DNA from: a virus
Strand: one strand, 5' to 3'
DNA: 47,048 nucleotides
IMG/VR virus record: IMGVR_UViG_3300043473_000082
Span: 1-47,048 of that record
The notes under the pieces are model-generated. The model made no database searches. It had not been told where the DNA came from and worked only from the letters and a program-made list of their open reading frames with translations. A program made the position numbers and the translations under genes. Each line of letters begins with the position of its first letter. The first letter of the stretch is position 1. Shown here piece after piece: positions 14,393 through 22,512 of the stretch.

Positions 14393-16105
14393 TCAGAACC
14401 TCGCGTCAAATCGGATGTTGGCGGCATTGCCGACAAGAACGGCGGGGTTGTTCACCGTCATTCCAGAGAAACCAGCTATGTTGATGGTCGCGCCTGTCGC
14501 GTCCACCGCGCCGATCGTAGGCGTTGCCGTGGATGTGAAGTTGGCATTCGCATAAACCGTGATCGTGCTCGGCACAAAAAACAAAGTCGGACTGGTTCGC
14601 TTGACGGCGCGATACGGCACCGCCAACGAAATGTTAGTTGGCGCGGCTACCCAACCAAGAACGGCGTTCGACACCGGCTCGAAATACCGCTGACACGCCA
14701 CCAGCTCCTGATCGAACGGCCGCATGATCAGCGCCGAGCGCGCGGCAGATGGCGCTTCGATGCCGGGGAGGACGACGACGCCGGTGATGACCAGTCCATC
14801 AGAACCTGCAGTGGTAGCAAAATTGATCGCGCCAGGCACCGACATGAAATTGCCGGCCGTCCATGCGTTTGGAGCCGTGACGAAATTGCTTCCACTCAAG
14901 ACCCCAAAAGTCAGTATCAACCCGGTGGCATTATCTTTCGGCCAGGCGCCGGTTGTGTCCCCCGGAACGGTGATGGTTTTATATTCAAAAGTCGCGGCCG
15001 CGTTGATCGGGACGCCAACCACATAGGATCGATTGCCCGCGATGTTGCGCAGAGAAACGGGCAGCGTTCCGGTTCGGAGCGCGCTATACACCCAAAATCC
15101 GATCGTGATCGGCTGCGCATTCGCCGCGCCAAACCCAAGGCGTGAAACCCGATAGCCTTCGATGTATTGCACCAGCGCGGCGTAGTCTGTCGCGCCCGGT
15201 GCGACGTTGGCAATCGTCGGCACAACCATGAGAGAATTGGGAAAACCAGGCGGACCCGAAGGGTTCTGGAAAGCGTTGAACGACTGAACTCCGCTTGTCT
15301 GCAGCTTCCAGCCATCGATAATGTTTTTTATTGAACCAGGCACAACGGGCACGTTGCCTGCCCCGTTCTCCTGGCTGACATCCATCGACCCGTTGATCTG
15401 CATGCCGGAGTAGGCGAGCGCGTCCATCGGCGCAGCGAAGATGTTCTGCCGCGCCTGCACCTGCTGTGCTGCCGTCAGCGCCTGCGCCGCGTCGTAGCGC
15501 ACCGCGCTAGCGCCGATCAGGCTGACGTAGTTGGAGGAGTCCGGCTGGGGCGCGGCGATCACCCAGGTGGTCGAGTTGCCGTCGTTGTAGCGGATGTAGA
15601 GCTGGCCATCGAGCGTGCAGTACCACAGCGTGGAATCGATCGGGTCCGGCGACGGCTTGACGTCGGAGACGATCACGCTGGATTTCAGCGCAACGAGGTT
15701 ATCGACGTAGGTCTTGTTGGTGGCGTGGGTGCCGACGCTCGGCGCGGTCGCCGGCAGCGTCAGCATGCCGCTCATGACGTCGCCCGCCTTGGCGACGTAT
15801 TGCGGGTCGATGACGCCCACCATCATGGCCCAGTCGGCCGCGACAAAGGCGCCAGGGCCGGTGGCGTTCTTGGCGCGGAACAGGGACGTGCCGTTGACGA
15901 CGAAATCGTTGGTGACGTACTGCGCCGCGGTGTCGAAGTAGCGGATCGCGATCATCGCCTTCGGCGCGCCTAGCGTGCCGGCGGCGGCATCGCCGAGGTG
16001 GAGCTGGCGGTTGGCGGTGTTGACGGCGATCTCGCCCGGCTCGAGCGGATTCGGGGCCGGGGTCGCCGGATTGGAGGTCCGGCGGTGGCGATATTGGCTA
16101 GTCAT
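14393..16105 (-). CDS. Tail fibre protein 1
   Basis: 570 aa. N-terminus LEPGEIAVNTANRQLHLGD resembles a phage fibre N-terminal motif. The C-terminal module is paralogous to 12836-14044, including a 43-nt identical DNA core. Confidence 0.8.
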   Translation of the reverse strand: MTSQYRHRRTSNPATPAPNPLEPGEIAVNTANRQLHLGDAAAGTLGAPKAMIAIRYFDTAAQYVTNDFVVNGTSLFRAKNATGPGAFVAADWAMMVGVIDPQYVAKAGDVMSGMLTLPATAPSVGTHATNKTYVDNLVALKSSVIVSDVKPSPDPIDSTLWYCTLDGQLYIRYNDGNSTTWVIAAPQPDSSNYVSLIGASAVRYDAAQALTAAQQVQARQNIFAAPMDALAYSGMQINGSMDVSQENGAGNVPVVPGSIKNIIDGWKLQTSGVQSFNAFQNPSGPPGFPNSLMVVPTIANVAPGATDYAALVQYIEGYRVSRLGFGAANAQPITIGFWVYSALRTGTLPVSLRNIAGNRSYVVGVPINAAATFEYKTITVPGDTTGAWPKDNATGLILTFGVLSGSNFVTAPNAWTAGNFMSVPGAINFATTAGSDGLVITGVVVLPGIEAPSAARSALIMRPFDQELVACQRYFEPVSNAVLGWVAAPTNISLAVPYRAVKRTSPTLFFVPSTITVYANANFTSTATPTIGAVDATGATINIAGFSGMTVNNPAVLVGNAANIRFDARF

Positions 16106-16118
16106 CTCAAGCCCTCAA

Positions 16119-16466
16119 TCAATCGCGCTTGTAGTAACCACGCTTGATCCGATTGCGGATCTGGACGTCGACTACATGCGGTGCAGCGTACAACACCGGC
16201 GCGCCTGCGGATATAGGCCCGTCTACCGGATCAGGCATCGGCTGAAGGTTTGGCGGCGTCGGCGGCGGGACGTCGGCCAGCACATAGGGAGGTGCGACGG
16301 TGCCTTCCGGCAGGACCACCGGCGGGAAGTTGGTGTCGTACTCGGCCTTTTCCGTTGCGATCGCGTTGGCCGCATCCGCGGTAGCATACAGCTCGTTCAA
16401 TACGTTGCGCGGCCCGGTGAAGTCGTTCGGGTTGGTTAAGCGGTTCGGCCTCACCGGGTCGGTCAT
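16119..16466 (-). CDS. Hypothetical tail-module protein, Pro-rich
   Basis: 115 aa ORF in the late operon. No motif recognised. Confidence 0.6.
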   Translation of the reverse strand: MTDPVRPNRLTNPNDFTGPRNVLNELYATADAANAIATEKAEYDTNFPPVVLPEGTVAPPYVLADVPPPTPPNLQPMPDPVDGPISAGAPVLYAAPHVVDVQIRNRIKRGYYKRD

Positions 16467-16472
16467 GCTGCT

Positions 16473-17042
16473 TTACTTCTTGCGCTTGACGCCCGGTCTG
16501 TCGGCGTCTTCTTCCTCGGCTTCGGTGTAGATCGGCGGCGGGTCGGCGCGTTCGCCTTCGCCATGTTCGTGGGTCATGTCGTTGGTGTCGTTGTTACCGG
16601 GGCCGGACACCGGGACGTACTCGCCAGCTGCGCCAGGAGAGCCGCGCAGGTCAACCTCGTCGGTCTGGTTCTGTCGCATCGCCTCGGTCGGCGACAGCGG
16701 CGAGTTGGCCGGCGTGCCCATCGGGTCTTTCTGGTCGATAAAGGCGCCAGCCGGCTCGCCGGAAGGCGTCAACGGCTTGTCTTTATTGATCTCGGAGCTG
16801 CGCTCACCCTCGCGCGGATTAGCCGGCGTGGGCACGTTTTGGGCCTGTTTTTGGCCTTTTTCCGCGTTTTTGCGCTCTTCTTCGCGTTGATTCGGCGTTT
16901 TGTCTGGTCCAGCCATGATTTTATCCCTCTGTTTAGGTTTTGAGCGTTTCACAGCGGACTTTTTGACTTTGGAAGCCTCTTTACCTGGCTTTTTGCCCGG
17001 TTTTTTGGGTTTTTCGCCCTTTTTAGGCTTCCTGGACATCAA
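16473..17042 (-). CDS. Intrinsically disordered protein, Lys-rich N-terminus and acidic C-terminus
   Basis: 189 aa: MMSRKPKKGEKPKKPGKKPGKEASKVKKSAVKRSKPK ... EAEEEDADRPGVKRKK. ATGA-coupled to the upstream gene. Confidence 0.65.
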   Translation of the reverse strand: MMSRKPKKGEKPKKPGKKPGKEASKVKKSAVKRSKPKQRDKIMAGPDKTPNQREEERKNAEKGQKQAQNVPTPANPREGERSSEINKDKPLTPSGEPAGAFIDQKDPMGTPANSPLSPTEAMRQNQTDEVDLRGSPGAAGEYVPVSGPGNNDTNDMTHEHGEGERADPPPIYTEAEEEDADRPGVKRKK

Positions 17043-17449
17043 CTCCTCCGCTTCTTAGCCCCGCCTTCGCGGGCCACGTCCGTAAACGTCAGAGTTGAGG
17101 CCGCAGACACTGAAGGCCCGGTCCTGACCGTAACAGCAACGGTTCCGGGGAGGAAAAGTGCCGGATTAATCGTCGTCGTCAGGGTGGAATCGTCCACGAA
17201 GGTGGTCGGCGCATCCACCAAGCCGAGCACGATGACGCTTGCGGCCTCGAAATCAGCGCCGGTGGCCGTCAACGTGAATTCCGGGTCGGTAATGGCCGCG
17301 GTGTCGGGGTCGATGCTGGCTAAGACCGGCGGCTCGACGTTGGCGCCGGGGTCGCCGACGAGGGGCACGTCACCCGTCTTGACGATGATGTTGGCGGGAC
17401 CGCGGATGACAAGGGTTTTGCCTGCGGCTACTTCATAGTGCTGCGCCAT
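17039..17449 (-). CDS. Ig-like (IPT/TIG-like) domain protein
   Basis: 136 aa. PVLASIDPDTAAITDPEFTLTATGADFEAASVIVLG...TVAVTVRTG resembles IPT/TIG-type Ig folds. Confidence 0.6.
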   Translation of the reverse strand: MAQHYEVAAGKTLVIRGPANIIVKTGDVPLVGDPGANVEPPVLASIDPDTAAITDPEFTLTATGADFEAASVIVLGLVDAPTTFVDDSTLTTTINPALFLPGTVAVTVRTGPSVSAASTLTFTDVAREGGAKKRRS

Positions 17450-17877
17450 CAGTAGGTTCCTCCATCGATTACGGCCGGCATTGAGTTGACTTGCACCCAG
17501 GCGATCGGGCCGCCCGGGGGCTGGGCCTGGCGCGCATATTGAAAGCCGTCATTGGGCGCGTCAGGAAAGCTGCCGCCGGTCAGGCCGATCGGTCCCTGCA
17601 CGCCTTGCGGCCCCTGCGGGCCTTGCGAACCCACATCACCCTTGGGGCCTTGAATTCCCTGCGGCCCCGGGCCGCCGGCGGGGCCGATGTCGCCCTTGGG
17701 ACCGATCGGCCCAGTCGGACCTGGGTCGCCTTTCGGGCCTTGGGGGCCAGTGGTGGACGAGAACGCGGTCGGGATCACCTTGCCGGCGCCGCTGATGCCG
17801 GTGGCGGCGACGGCTTCCGTTGGGTCGGCGTCGTCGGAGGTCGGTATCCACAAGGCTACGCGGGCGTTCTGTGTCAT
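17449..17877 (-). CDS. Collagen-like triple-helix repeat protein (fibre component)
   Basis: The ATG at 17877 forms an ATGA overlap with the upstream stop. About 20 uninterrupted G-X-Y triplets ([59 protein letters not shown]). Confidence 0.85.
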   Translation of the reverse strand: MTQNARVALWIPTSDDADPTEAVAATGISGAGKVIPTAFSSTTGPQGPKGDPGPTGPIGPKGDIGPAGGPGPQGIQGPKGDVGSQGPQGPQGVQGPIGLTGGSFPDAPNDGFQYARQAQPPGGPIAWVQVNSMPAVIDGGTY

Positions 17878-19277
17878 GGCAGGATCAAATCCGATGCGTG
17901 CCAGGTGCCCCACATCCGGCAACCCAGCTGAGGTGCTGAAGACATAGTGAGCACGGCGCCGGTGGCGGTGAAATCCACCGCCGGCTCTTGCACGATACCA
18001 TCAATCGAGATCGCGACCTCGGCGACTTGGGAGGCCGCGATCGGCAGATGGCCCATGGTCGGGTTGTTGTACTTCATATCGAAGATCTTGTTGGTGCCAT
18101 CCGGCGCGGGGCTAAGGATCAGCTTAAAGACCGAGATGGCGCCGGGGGCGAGCTGGCTGGCCTCGACCAGGATGTCCCACTGAATGATGGAGTTGACGGT
18201 GGCGCCGACCGCCAAAGTCAGCGTGGAGGTCGGCTTATCGACGGTGTAATCCATGCCGCCGACCAGGCGGATGCCGTTGAGATGGACGTCTGAGTCGTTC
18301 TTGGTGACCAGCGGGATGTTGGAGTTGACGTCGGGGCCGGTGAAGATCTTCTGGCCGGCGGTGGCGACGTAGACGTAGTTGGCTTGATACGCCGGCGTGG
18401 CCTTGATCGGCGTCACCCACTGGGTGCCGTCCCAGACATAGAGCGCGCCGGTTTCGGTGTTGTAATAAAAGCTGCCCGGCGCCAAGGGGTCCGGCGTCAC
18501 CAAGCCCGTGCCGGGGTTGGCCTCTCCCGGCATCGGCGGCGTCGGCCAGGCGCCGAGGTAGTAAAAATTCCAGTGCCCGACCAGCTGCTGCGCGTACAAC
18601 GCCCACCACTTGGCGCTCCAGAGGCCGGCGAGGCCGCCTTCAACCGGCTGGTAATAGAGGCCGTGGCCCCACGGCGTGGTCTGGGTATACGCCGGCGCGT
18701 CGTTGGGGTTGACCACCGGGCCGGCTAAGTATTCCGCCCAGGCGGCGGCCTGCTCCTGGTTCGTTTCGCTGACCTCGGCGTGGGCTTGGGAGTAGTTGGC
18801 CCAGTTCTCGGCGTCAGAAGTCTGCGCATCCACCGTTGCGGTGGCGTTGATGGCGATGTCGGCGCGGCGGCTGATGACGTCTTGGGCGGCGTTGACCGCG
18901 GTCAGGAACTGGGCGGCGCTGACGGCGGCGCTCTCGGCGTCACGGGCAAAGCCGGAGGCCTCGCGCACCGTGGTGACGATCCGGGACGCGGCCTGCTGGG
19001 CCAGTTCGGCGGTATGGGTAATGCGCGCCTCAACGCTGTCGATCTCGGCGCGGGTGTGCTTGAGATCTGTGGCGAGCTGGCCCTGGCCGACGCTGTGGGC
19101 TTTCAGCTTGCCGTCATCGGCGCGGATGTCTTTGAGGGCTTGTTGCGTGGAGCGGATCGCCTCGATCAGGTTCTGGATCTGGGCGTCCAGGCGATCGCCA
19201 GGAAATGGCCCGCGCGGGTTGTTCTTGGCAATGTCGGCAAAGCTGACTTGCTGGGTCGGGGGCTTCAAGGCCGCCAT
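17874..19277 (-). CDS. Tail fibre/tail-associated protein (first gene of the late block)
   Basis: 467 aa. Coiled-coil N-terminal half, then [24 protein letters not shown], a fibre-type motif. Confidence 0.7.
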   Translation of the reverse strand: MAALKPPTQQVSFADIAKNNPRGPFPGDRLDAQIQNLIEAIRSTQQALKDIRADDGKLKAHSVGQGQLATDLKHTRAEIDSVEARITHTAELAQQAASRIVTTVREASGFARDAESAAVSAAQFLTAVNAAQDVISRRADIAINATATVDAQTSDAENWANYSQAHAEVSETNQEQAAAWAEYLAGPVVNPNDAPAYTQTTPWGHGLYYQPVEGGLAGLWSAKWWALYAQQLVGHWNFYYLGAWPTPPMPGEANPGTGLVTPDPLAPGSFYYNTETGALYVWDGTQWVTPIKATPAYQANYVYVATAGQKIFTGPDVNSNIPLVTKNDSDVHLNGIRLVGGMDYTVDKPTSTLTLAVGATVNSIIQWDILVEASQLAPGAISVFKLILSPAPDGTNKIFDMKYNNPTMGHLPIAASQVAEVAISIDGIVQEPAVDFTATGAVLTMSSAPQLGCRMWGTWHASDLILP

Positions 19278-19321
19278 GTGCTATCCTTCGCGATGAGCCG
19301 CTACAGCCGAGGATTGGATTT

Positions 19322-19825
19322 ATGGCACTTGACGAAGGGAAAAGGAAGGTCACGCTGACGTCGCAGGAGCTGACCATCCTGAGCCAATTGGAGCACGGCG
19401 CGCACTTCAACGCACTACACACCGACAGCGCGAGCCTAAAAGAGAAAGGCTTGGCGTTTGACGATTTCGGGCGGCTGGGGCTGTCCGAGGCCGGCCGGCG
19501 GGTGCTGCGTCACCACAACTACATCCTGGAAGGCGATCACCGCATCCTGCGCACGCACCTCATCGATGACGAGCACGTCGCCGACGTGTCGACGCTGGAC
19601 CCGATGACGGCGCCGCATCTGGTGCATTCATCCGCGTCGAAGCTGGAGCGCAGCGCGATCGTGTTGATTGAAGAAGAGCCTTACGAAGATCTGCCGCCGG
19701 CGTCGGATGCGCGGCAGAAGGCGATGCGCGCCGCGGGCGTTGCGTCGGGCAAGACCGGCGTGTGGGTGGACGATGCGTGGGTGCAAGCATTCATCGATGC
19801 GTTCGATGATGACGCCGTTGGATGA
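19322..19825 (+). CDS. Hypothetical early protein
   Basis: 167 aa. First plus-strand ORF, divergent from the late block. No motif recognised. Confidence 0.65.
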   Translation: MALDEGKRKVTLTSQELTILSQLEHGAHFNALHTDSASLKEKGLAFDDFGRLGLSEAGRRVLRHHNYILEGDHRILRTHLIDDEHVADVSTLDPMTAPHLVHSSASKLERSAIVLIEEEPYEDLPPASDARQKAMRAAGVASGKTGVWVDDAWVQAFIDAFDDDAVG

Positions 19826-19913
19826 AAAGTGGTTGCGGATTTCGATAGTTGTCATAGCAACCATCGTTGTATTCGTTTGTATATACCGCGTTGTTGAATG
19901 GTGGATGAGATGA
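19806..19913 (+). CDS. Possible 35-aa single-TM peptide
   Basis: MMTPLDEKWLRISIVVIATIVVFVCIYRVVEWWMR, taken from an internal ATG of track ORF 19668-19913. Overlaps the upstream stop region. Confidence 0.35.
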   Translation: MMTPLDEKWLRISIVVIATIVVFVCIYRVVEWWMR

Positions 19914-19946
19914 TGGTCGACATTCGATTGTTCTGTAAATCAGAAC

Positions 19947-20007
19947 ACAGAAAAAATCAAAAATTTGCCGCGCGAGCGATCAGAGAAAAATAAAAAATTT
20001 GCCACGC
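19947..20007. repeat. Two direct copies of AGAAAAA(A)T(C/A)AAAAATTTGCC(G/A)CGC in an AT-rich intergenic region
   Basis: Copies end at 19973 and 20007, about 34 bp apart. The local AT-richness contrasts with the genome. Confidence 0.7.
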
Positions 20008-20051
20008 AGCATTGCGTTTGCGCAGGCTGGTGCAGCGCGCCCCCGCCGGGG

Positions 20052-20076
20052 GGTAATTCTCTCGGATGCGATGACA
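20052..20076. terminator. Perfect 25-bp palindrome/hairpin TCGGATGCGATG-A-CATCGCATCCGA (bidirectional terminator or operator)
   Basis: Read directly. Lies between the end of the plus-strand early genes and the 3' end of minus-strand gene 20136-20396. Confidence 0.6.
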
Positions 20077-20135
20077 TCGCATCCGATCGATCGACAACCC
20101 ATTGATTTCATTGATCTTTTACGATCGCGTCAAAA

Positions 20136-20396
20136 CTACTCTTCAAGCTTTGCAATGGCGTCATCTAACTCGGCGGCTGTTAGATCGACGCCGCGGCGCC
20201 GATCGGCGCCGACCGATTCCGCTTCGCTGAAATACTCTAAAAGCGTTCGACCTGCGCTTGCTTTCGACGCTGCGCTAGCGTCTTTCGATCGCAGCACATT
20301 CAAAAGCGCTTCCTTTACTTCTGTCCTGAGACTGTCCTTTGCGGAATCGTCGATCGGCCTTTTGCTTTGCGCTATCTGTTCGGCCTTTTTTGGCAT
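20136..20396 (-). CDS. Hypothetical charged helical protein
   Basis: 86 aa. GC3 looks better in this frame than in the overlapping one across 20275-20396. Confidence 0.6.
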   Translation of the reverse strand: MPKKAEQIAQSKRPIDDSAKDSLRTEVKEALLNVLRSKDASAASKASAGRTLLEYFSEAESVGADRRRGVDLTAAELDDAIAKLEE

Positions 20397-20601
20397 GCTT
20401 TAACCTTTCCAGATTCCATTGCTGCAGCCGACCTGCATGATACTGACATTGCGTCACGCCGCGCAACGCAAGCTTGCCACATGGCTTGCCACTATGCCGC
20501 GCGATCGCATTGCATATGCGTCGATTGATGGCGCCGCGCTTGATTTGCGTTTTGGCCATTGCCGCGCGCCACATGGCATTGCCTGATCCGCTTGTTTTCA
20601 T
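20275..20601 (-). CDS. Small Cys-containing basic protein, zinc-ribbon-like N-terminus (C-x10-C...C-x-YH-x-G)
   Basis: 108 aa. RRICNAIARHSGKPCGKLALRGVTQCQYHAG resembles the Cys/HGG motif of small alphaproteobacterial/phage proteins. The last 122 nt overlap 20136-20396 in another frame with poorer GC3. Confidence 0.5.
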   Translation of the reverse strand: MKTSGSGNAMWRAAMAKTQIKRGAINRRICNAIARHSGKPCGKLALRGVTQCQYHAGRLQQWNLERLKHAKKGRTDSAKQKADRRFRKGQSQDRSKGSAFECAAIERR

Positions 20602-20628
20602 ATTTTTTGATCTTTTTTCATTTTTGCT

Positions 20629-20648
20629 ATTGTGCCATTTGGCACAAT
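20629..20648. promoter_or_regulatory. 20-bp palindrome ATTGTGCCA-TT-TGGCACAAT in a divergent AT-rich intergenic region (operator candidate)
   Basis: Read directly. Lies between the divergent starts at 20601 (-) and 20713 (+). Confidence 0.55.
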
Positions 20649-20712
20649 GTGCTTTAACACCATTGCGCCGCGGCGTTGCGGCGAAAACAGGAAACAGGAA
20701 ACAGGTCTTACC

Positions 20713-21375
20713 ATGCTACTCAAAGAAGCCACAGCCATTGCCGGTTCTATTGGTTATCCGGCCAAAATGCCCGGCACATCATACGGAATCTCGGCGCAAT
20801 CATGCAAGGTCGGCTCAAAGCTTGCGCAGGTCGAAGGATCGACCTGCGCCAAATGCTACGCCTTAAAAGGCAATTACATCTATCCGTCCGTCAAAACGGC
20901 ACATGCAAAACGCGAGGCTGGTTTGGTCAATCCACTATGGGCCAAAGCCATGGTTGGCATGTTGCGATCGGCGCACAAACCCAAAAAAGATGGCTCGCAA
21001 TTGCCCCCATATCATCGTTGGCATGACTCGGGCGATTTACAGTCGGTCGATCACCTAGAACAAATTTGCATTGTCGCAGCCGAAACCCCTGAGCTGTTTC
21101 ATTGGCTGCCGACTCGTGAAATCGGAATCTTGCTGGCTTTCATCAAGGCCGGCGGCATTGTTCCTGCAAATCTGACAATCCGAGTCAGCGCAACCATGGT
21201 TGACGGTAACGCGACCAAAGCATGGCCGACGACGTCGACGGTGCACCATACCAAATCAGCCCAAGGGCATGATTGCCCTGCAATCCATAGGGAAGGCGCC
21301 GATGCCGGCAAGTGTGCGGATTGCCGAGCATGCTGGTCAAGGGACGTTGCTAACGTGTCTTACCATCAACACTAG
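20713..21375 (+). CDS. Cys-rich early protein (GP88-like domain suspected)
   Basis: ATG at 20713 preceded by three GAAACAG repeats. 220 aa with STCAKCY and GKCADCRACW Cys clusters and HRWHDSGD. Confidence 0.7.
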   Translation: MLLKEATAIAGSIGYPAKMPGTSYGISAQSCKVGSKLAQVEGSTCAKCYALKGNYIYPSVKTAHAKREAGLVNPLWAKAMVGMLRSAHKPKKDGSQLPPYHRWHDSGDLQSVDHLEQICIVAAETPELFHWLPTREIGILLAFIKAGGIVPANLTIRVSATMVDGNATKAWPTTSTVHHTKSAQGHDCPAIHREGADAGKCADCRACWSRDVANVSYHQH

Positions 21376-21458
21376 ACCGCAACACCATAGCATTCACGCC
21401 AGGCGCCGCGAGGCTACCTGGCTTGAAGGCATAGGAAACCACGAAAGGAAACAGGACC

Positions 21459-21680
21459 ATGACCCAGATGTTTTTAGATACCGTTCATTTCAGCCCTCGC
21501 CGGCATTTTGGCGTGGTGTTGGATGCCGAGGGTTTCATCCTCGGCAGAACGCCGATGTTTCGCACCGCCAAGCAGGCAATGGATGCTGCGCGCGCGTTGC
21601 GGGATGACATCAACACCGCATGCGACACCGCCCGCGAGGCCTTCCGCCTCAGCAGGGAAAAAAGGAAACAGGGCCAATGA
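21459..21680 (+). CDS. Hypothetical early protein
   Basis: 73 aa, preceded by AGGAAACAGGACC. Confidence 0.65.
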   Translation: MTQMFLDTVHFSPRRHFGVVLDAEGFILGRTPMFRTAKQAMDAARALRDDINTACDTAREAFRLSREKRKQGQ

Positions 21681-21865
21681 TGACGAGCCGAATCGAAGCT
21701 GACTTTAACCGCCGCTGGGTTGATGCCAACCCGGAGCTATTCGCAAAAGCCATCCTAAAGATGCTGGAAACGCATCCGATGACGGAATGGAGCTACCGCA
21801 TCACACCCGCCTACATGCCTGGGATGACGTTCCAGGTTGTCGCAAACAGGAAACAGGAAGTCTGA
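21677..21865 (+). CDS. Hypothetical early protein
   Basis: Internal ATG at 21677 with ATGA coupling, preceded by AAAGGAAACAGGG. 62 aa, MMTSRIEADFNRRWVD... Confidence 0.6.
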   Translation: MMTSRIEADFNRRWVDANPELFAKAILKMLETHPMTEWSYRITPAYMPGMTFQVVANRKQEV

Positions 21866-21867
21866 TC

Positions 21868-22167
21868 ATGACACTATCAACCGTAGCGAAGGAAGCTTTA
21901 ACCCTGGCCTATGCCACCAAGGGCAAAAACCGCGGGCAGTTGCTCGCCAAGTGCCCGAGGTCCGAAACCCTGGCCGCAGCCGCCTGGCAGGGAGCCATGC
22001 TGTCCTGCAATCCGTACAAGGCCTCGATCGGCGCCATGCTGTTCATGTCCGAGGCGCAGCGCGCAGTCCGCGACGAGGTGCTGGCGCACTTCGACGCCCT
22101 GCCGAGGGAATACCGCATCATGGCACAACGCGATCGCGAGGCGCTGGAGGCGCTCGGCGTATGGTGA
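21868..22167 (+). CDS. Hypothetical early protein
   Basis: Internal ATG at 21868 preceded by CAAACAGGAAACAGGAAG. 99 aa. Confidence 0.6.
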   Translation: MTLSTVAKEALTLAYATKGKNRGQLLAKCPRSETLAAAAWQGAMLSCNPYKASIGAMLFMSEAQRAVRDEVLAHFDALPREYRIMAQRDREALEALGVW

Positions 22168-22184
22168 GGCCCCGACCCATAGTC

Positions 22185-22373
22185 ATGAGCGTTGAACGCT
22201 TCACCGAGGGCCTAAAGGCCCTCGGATACAACATCTCGACCGCCAACAGCCTGCTCGGCATCGGCCGTACCTCCCTGTACCGAATCTCCAAGGGAGGAGC
22301 GCCCGTGCCCATGGTAGTGGCCAAGCTGATGGACATGTACGAGCGCCACGGCATCCCCGAGGAGCACAGATAG
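22185..22373 (+). CDS. Small helix-turn-helix DNA-binding protein
   Basis: Internal ATG at 22185. 62 aa with an HTH-like segment, TANSLLGIGRTSLYRISKG. Confidence 0.6.
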   Translation: MSVERFTEGLKALGYNISTANSLLGIGRTSLYRISKGGAPVPMVVAKLMDMYERHGIPEEHR

Positions 22374-22375
22374 CC

Positions 22376-22477
22376 ATGATCGAAACCCTGCAAGCTCTCG
22401 ACCAGCTCAGTTCCTATATGAGCTACGTCACCGCCGTAGTCCTGGTACTGTGTGCCCTCGGCGTAGTCCGCTGGTAG
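22376..22477 (+). CDS. Possible 33-aa membrane peptide
   Basis: Manual translation MIETLQALDQLSSYMSYVTAVVLVLCALGVVRW. Ends 5 nt before the terminator hairpin. Confidence 0.35.
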   Translation: MIETLQALDQLSSYMSYVTAVVLVLCALGVVRW

Positions 22478-22482
22478 CGAAA

Positions 22483-22506
22483 ACGGCCCGGCAGTAGCCG
22501 GGCCGT
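22483..22506. terminator. Bidirectional stem-loop ACGGCCCGGC-AGTA-GCCGGGCCGT between convergent genes
   Basis: Perfect 10-bp GC stem between the plus-strand early operon end and the minus-strand gene end at 22513. Confidence 0.7.
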
Positions 22507-22512
22507 AGTCGT

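Noticed and set aside
20629-20648. TGGCAC within the palindrome, considered as a sigma-54 (-24/-12) promoter.
   Set aside because: The GG-to-GC spacing is 10 nt rather than the 12 nt expected from TGGCAC-N5-TTGC. The element is better explained as a symmetric operator.
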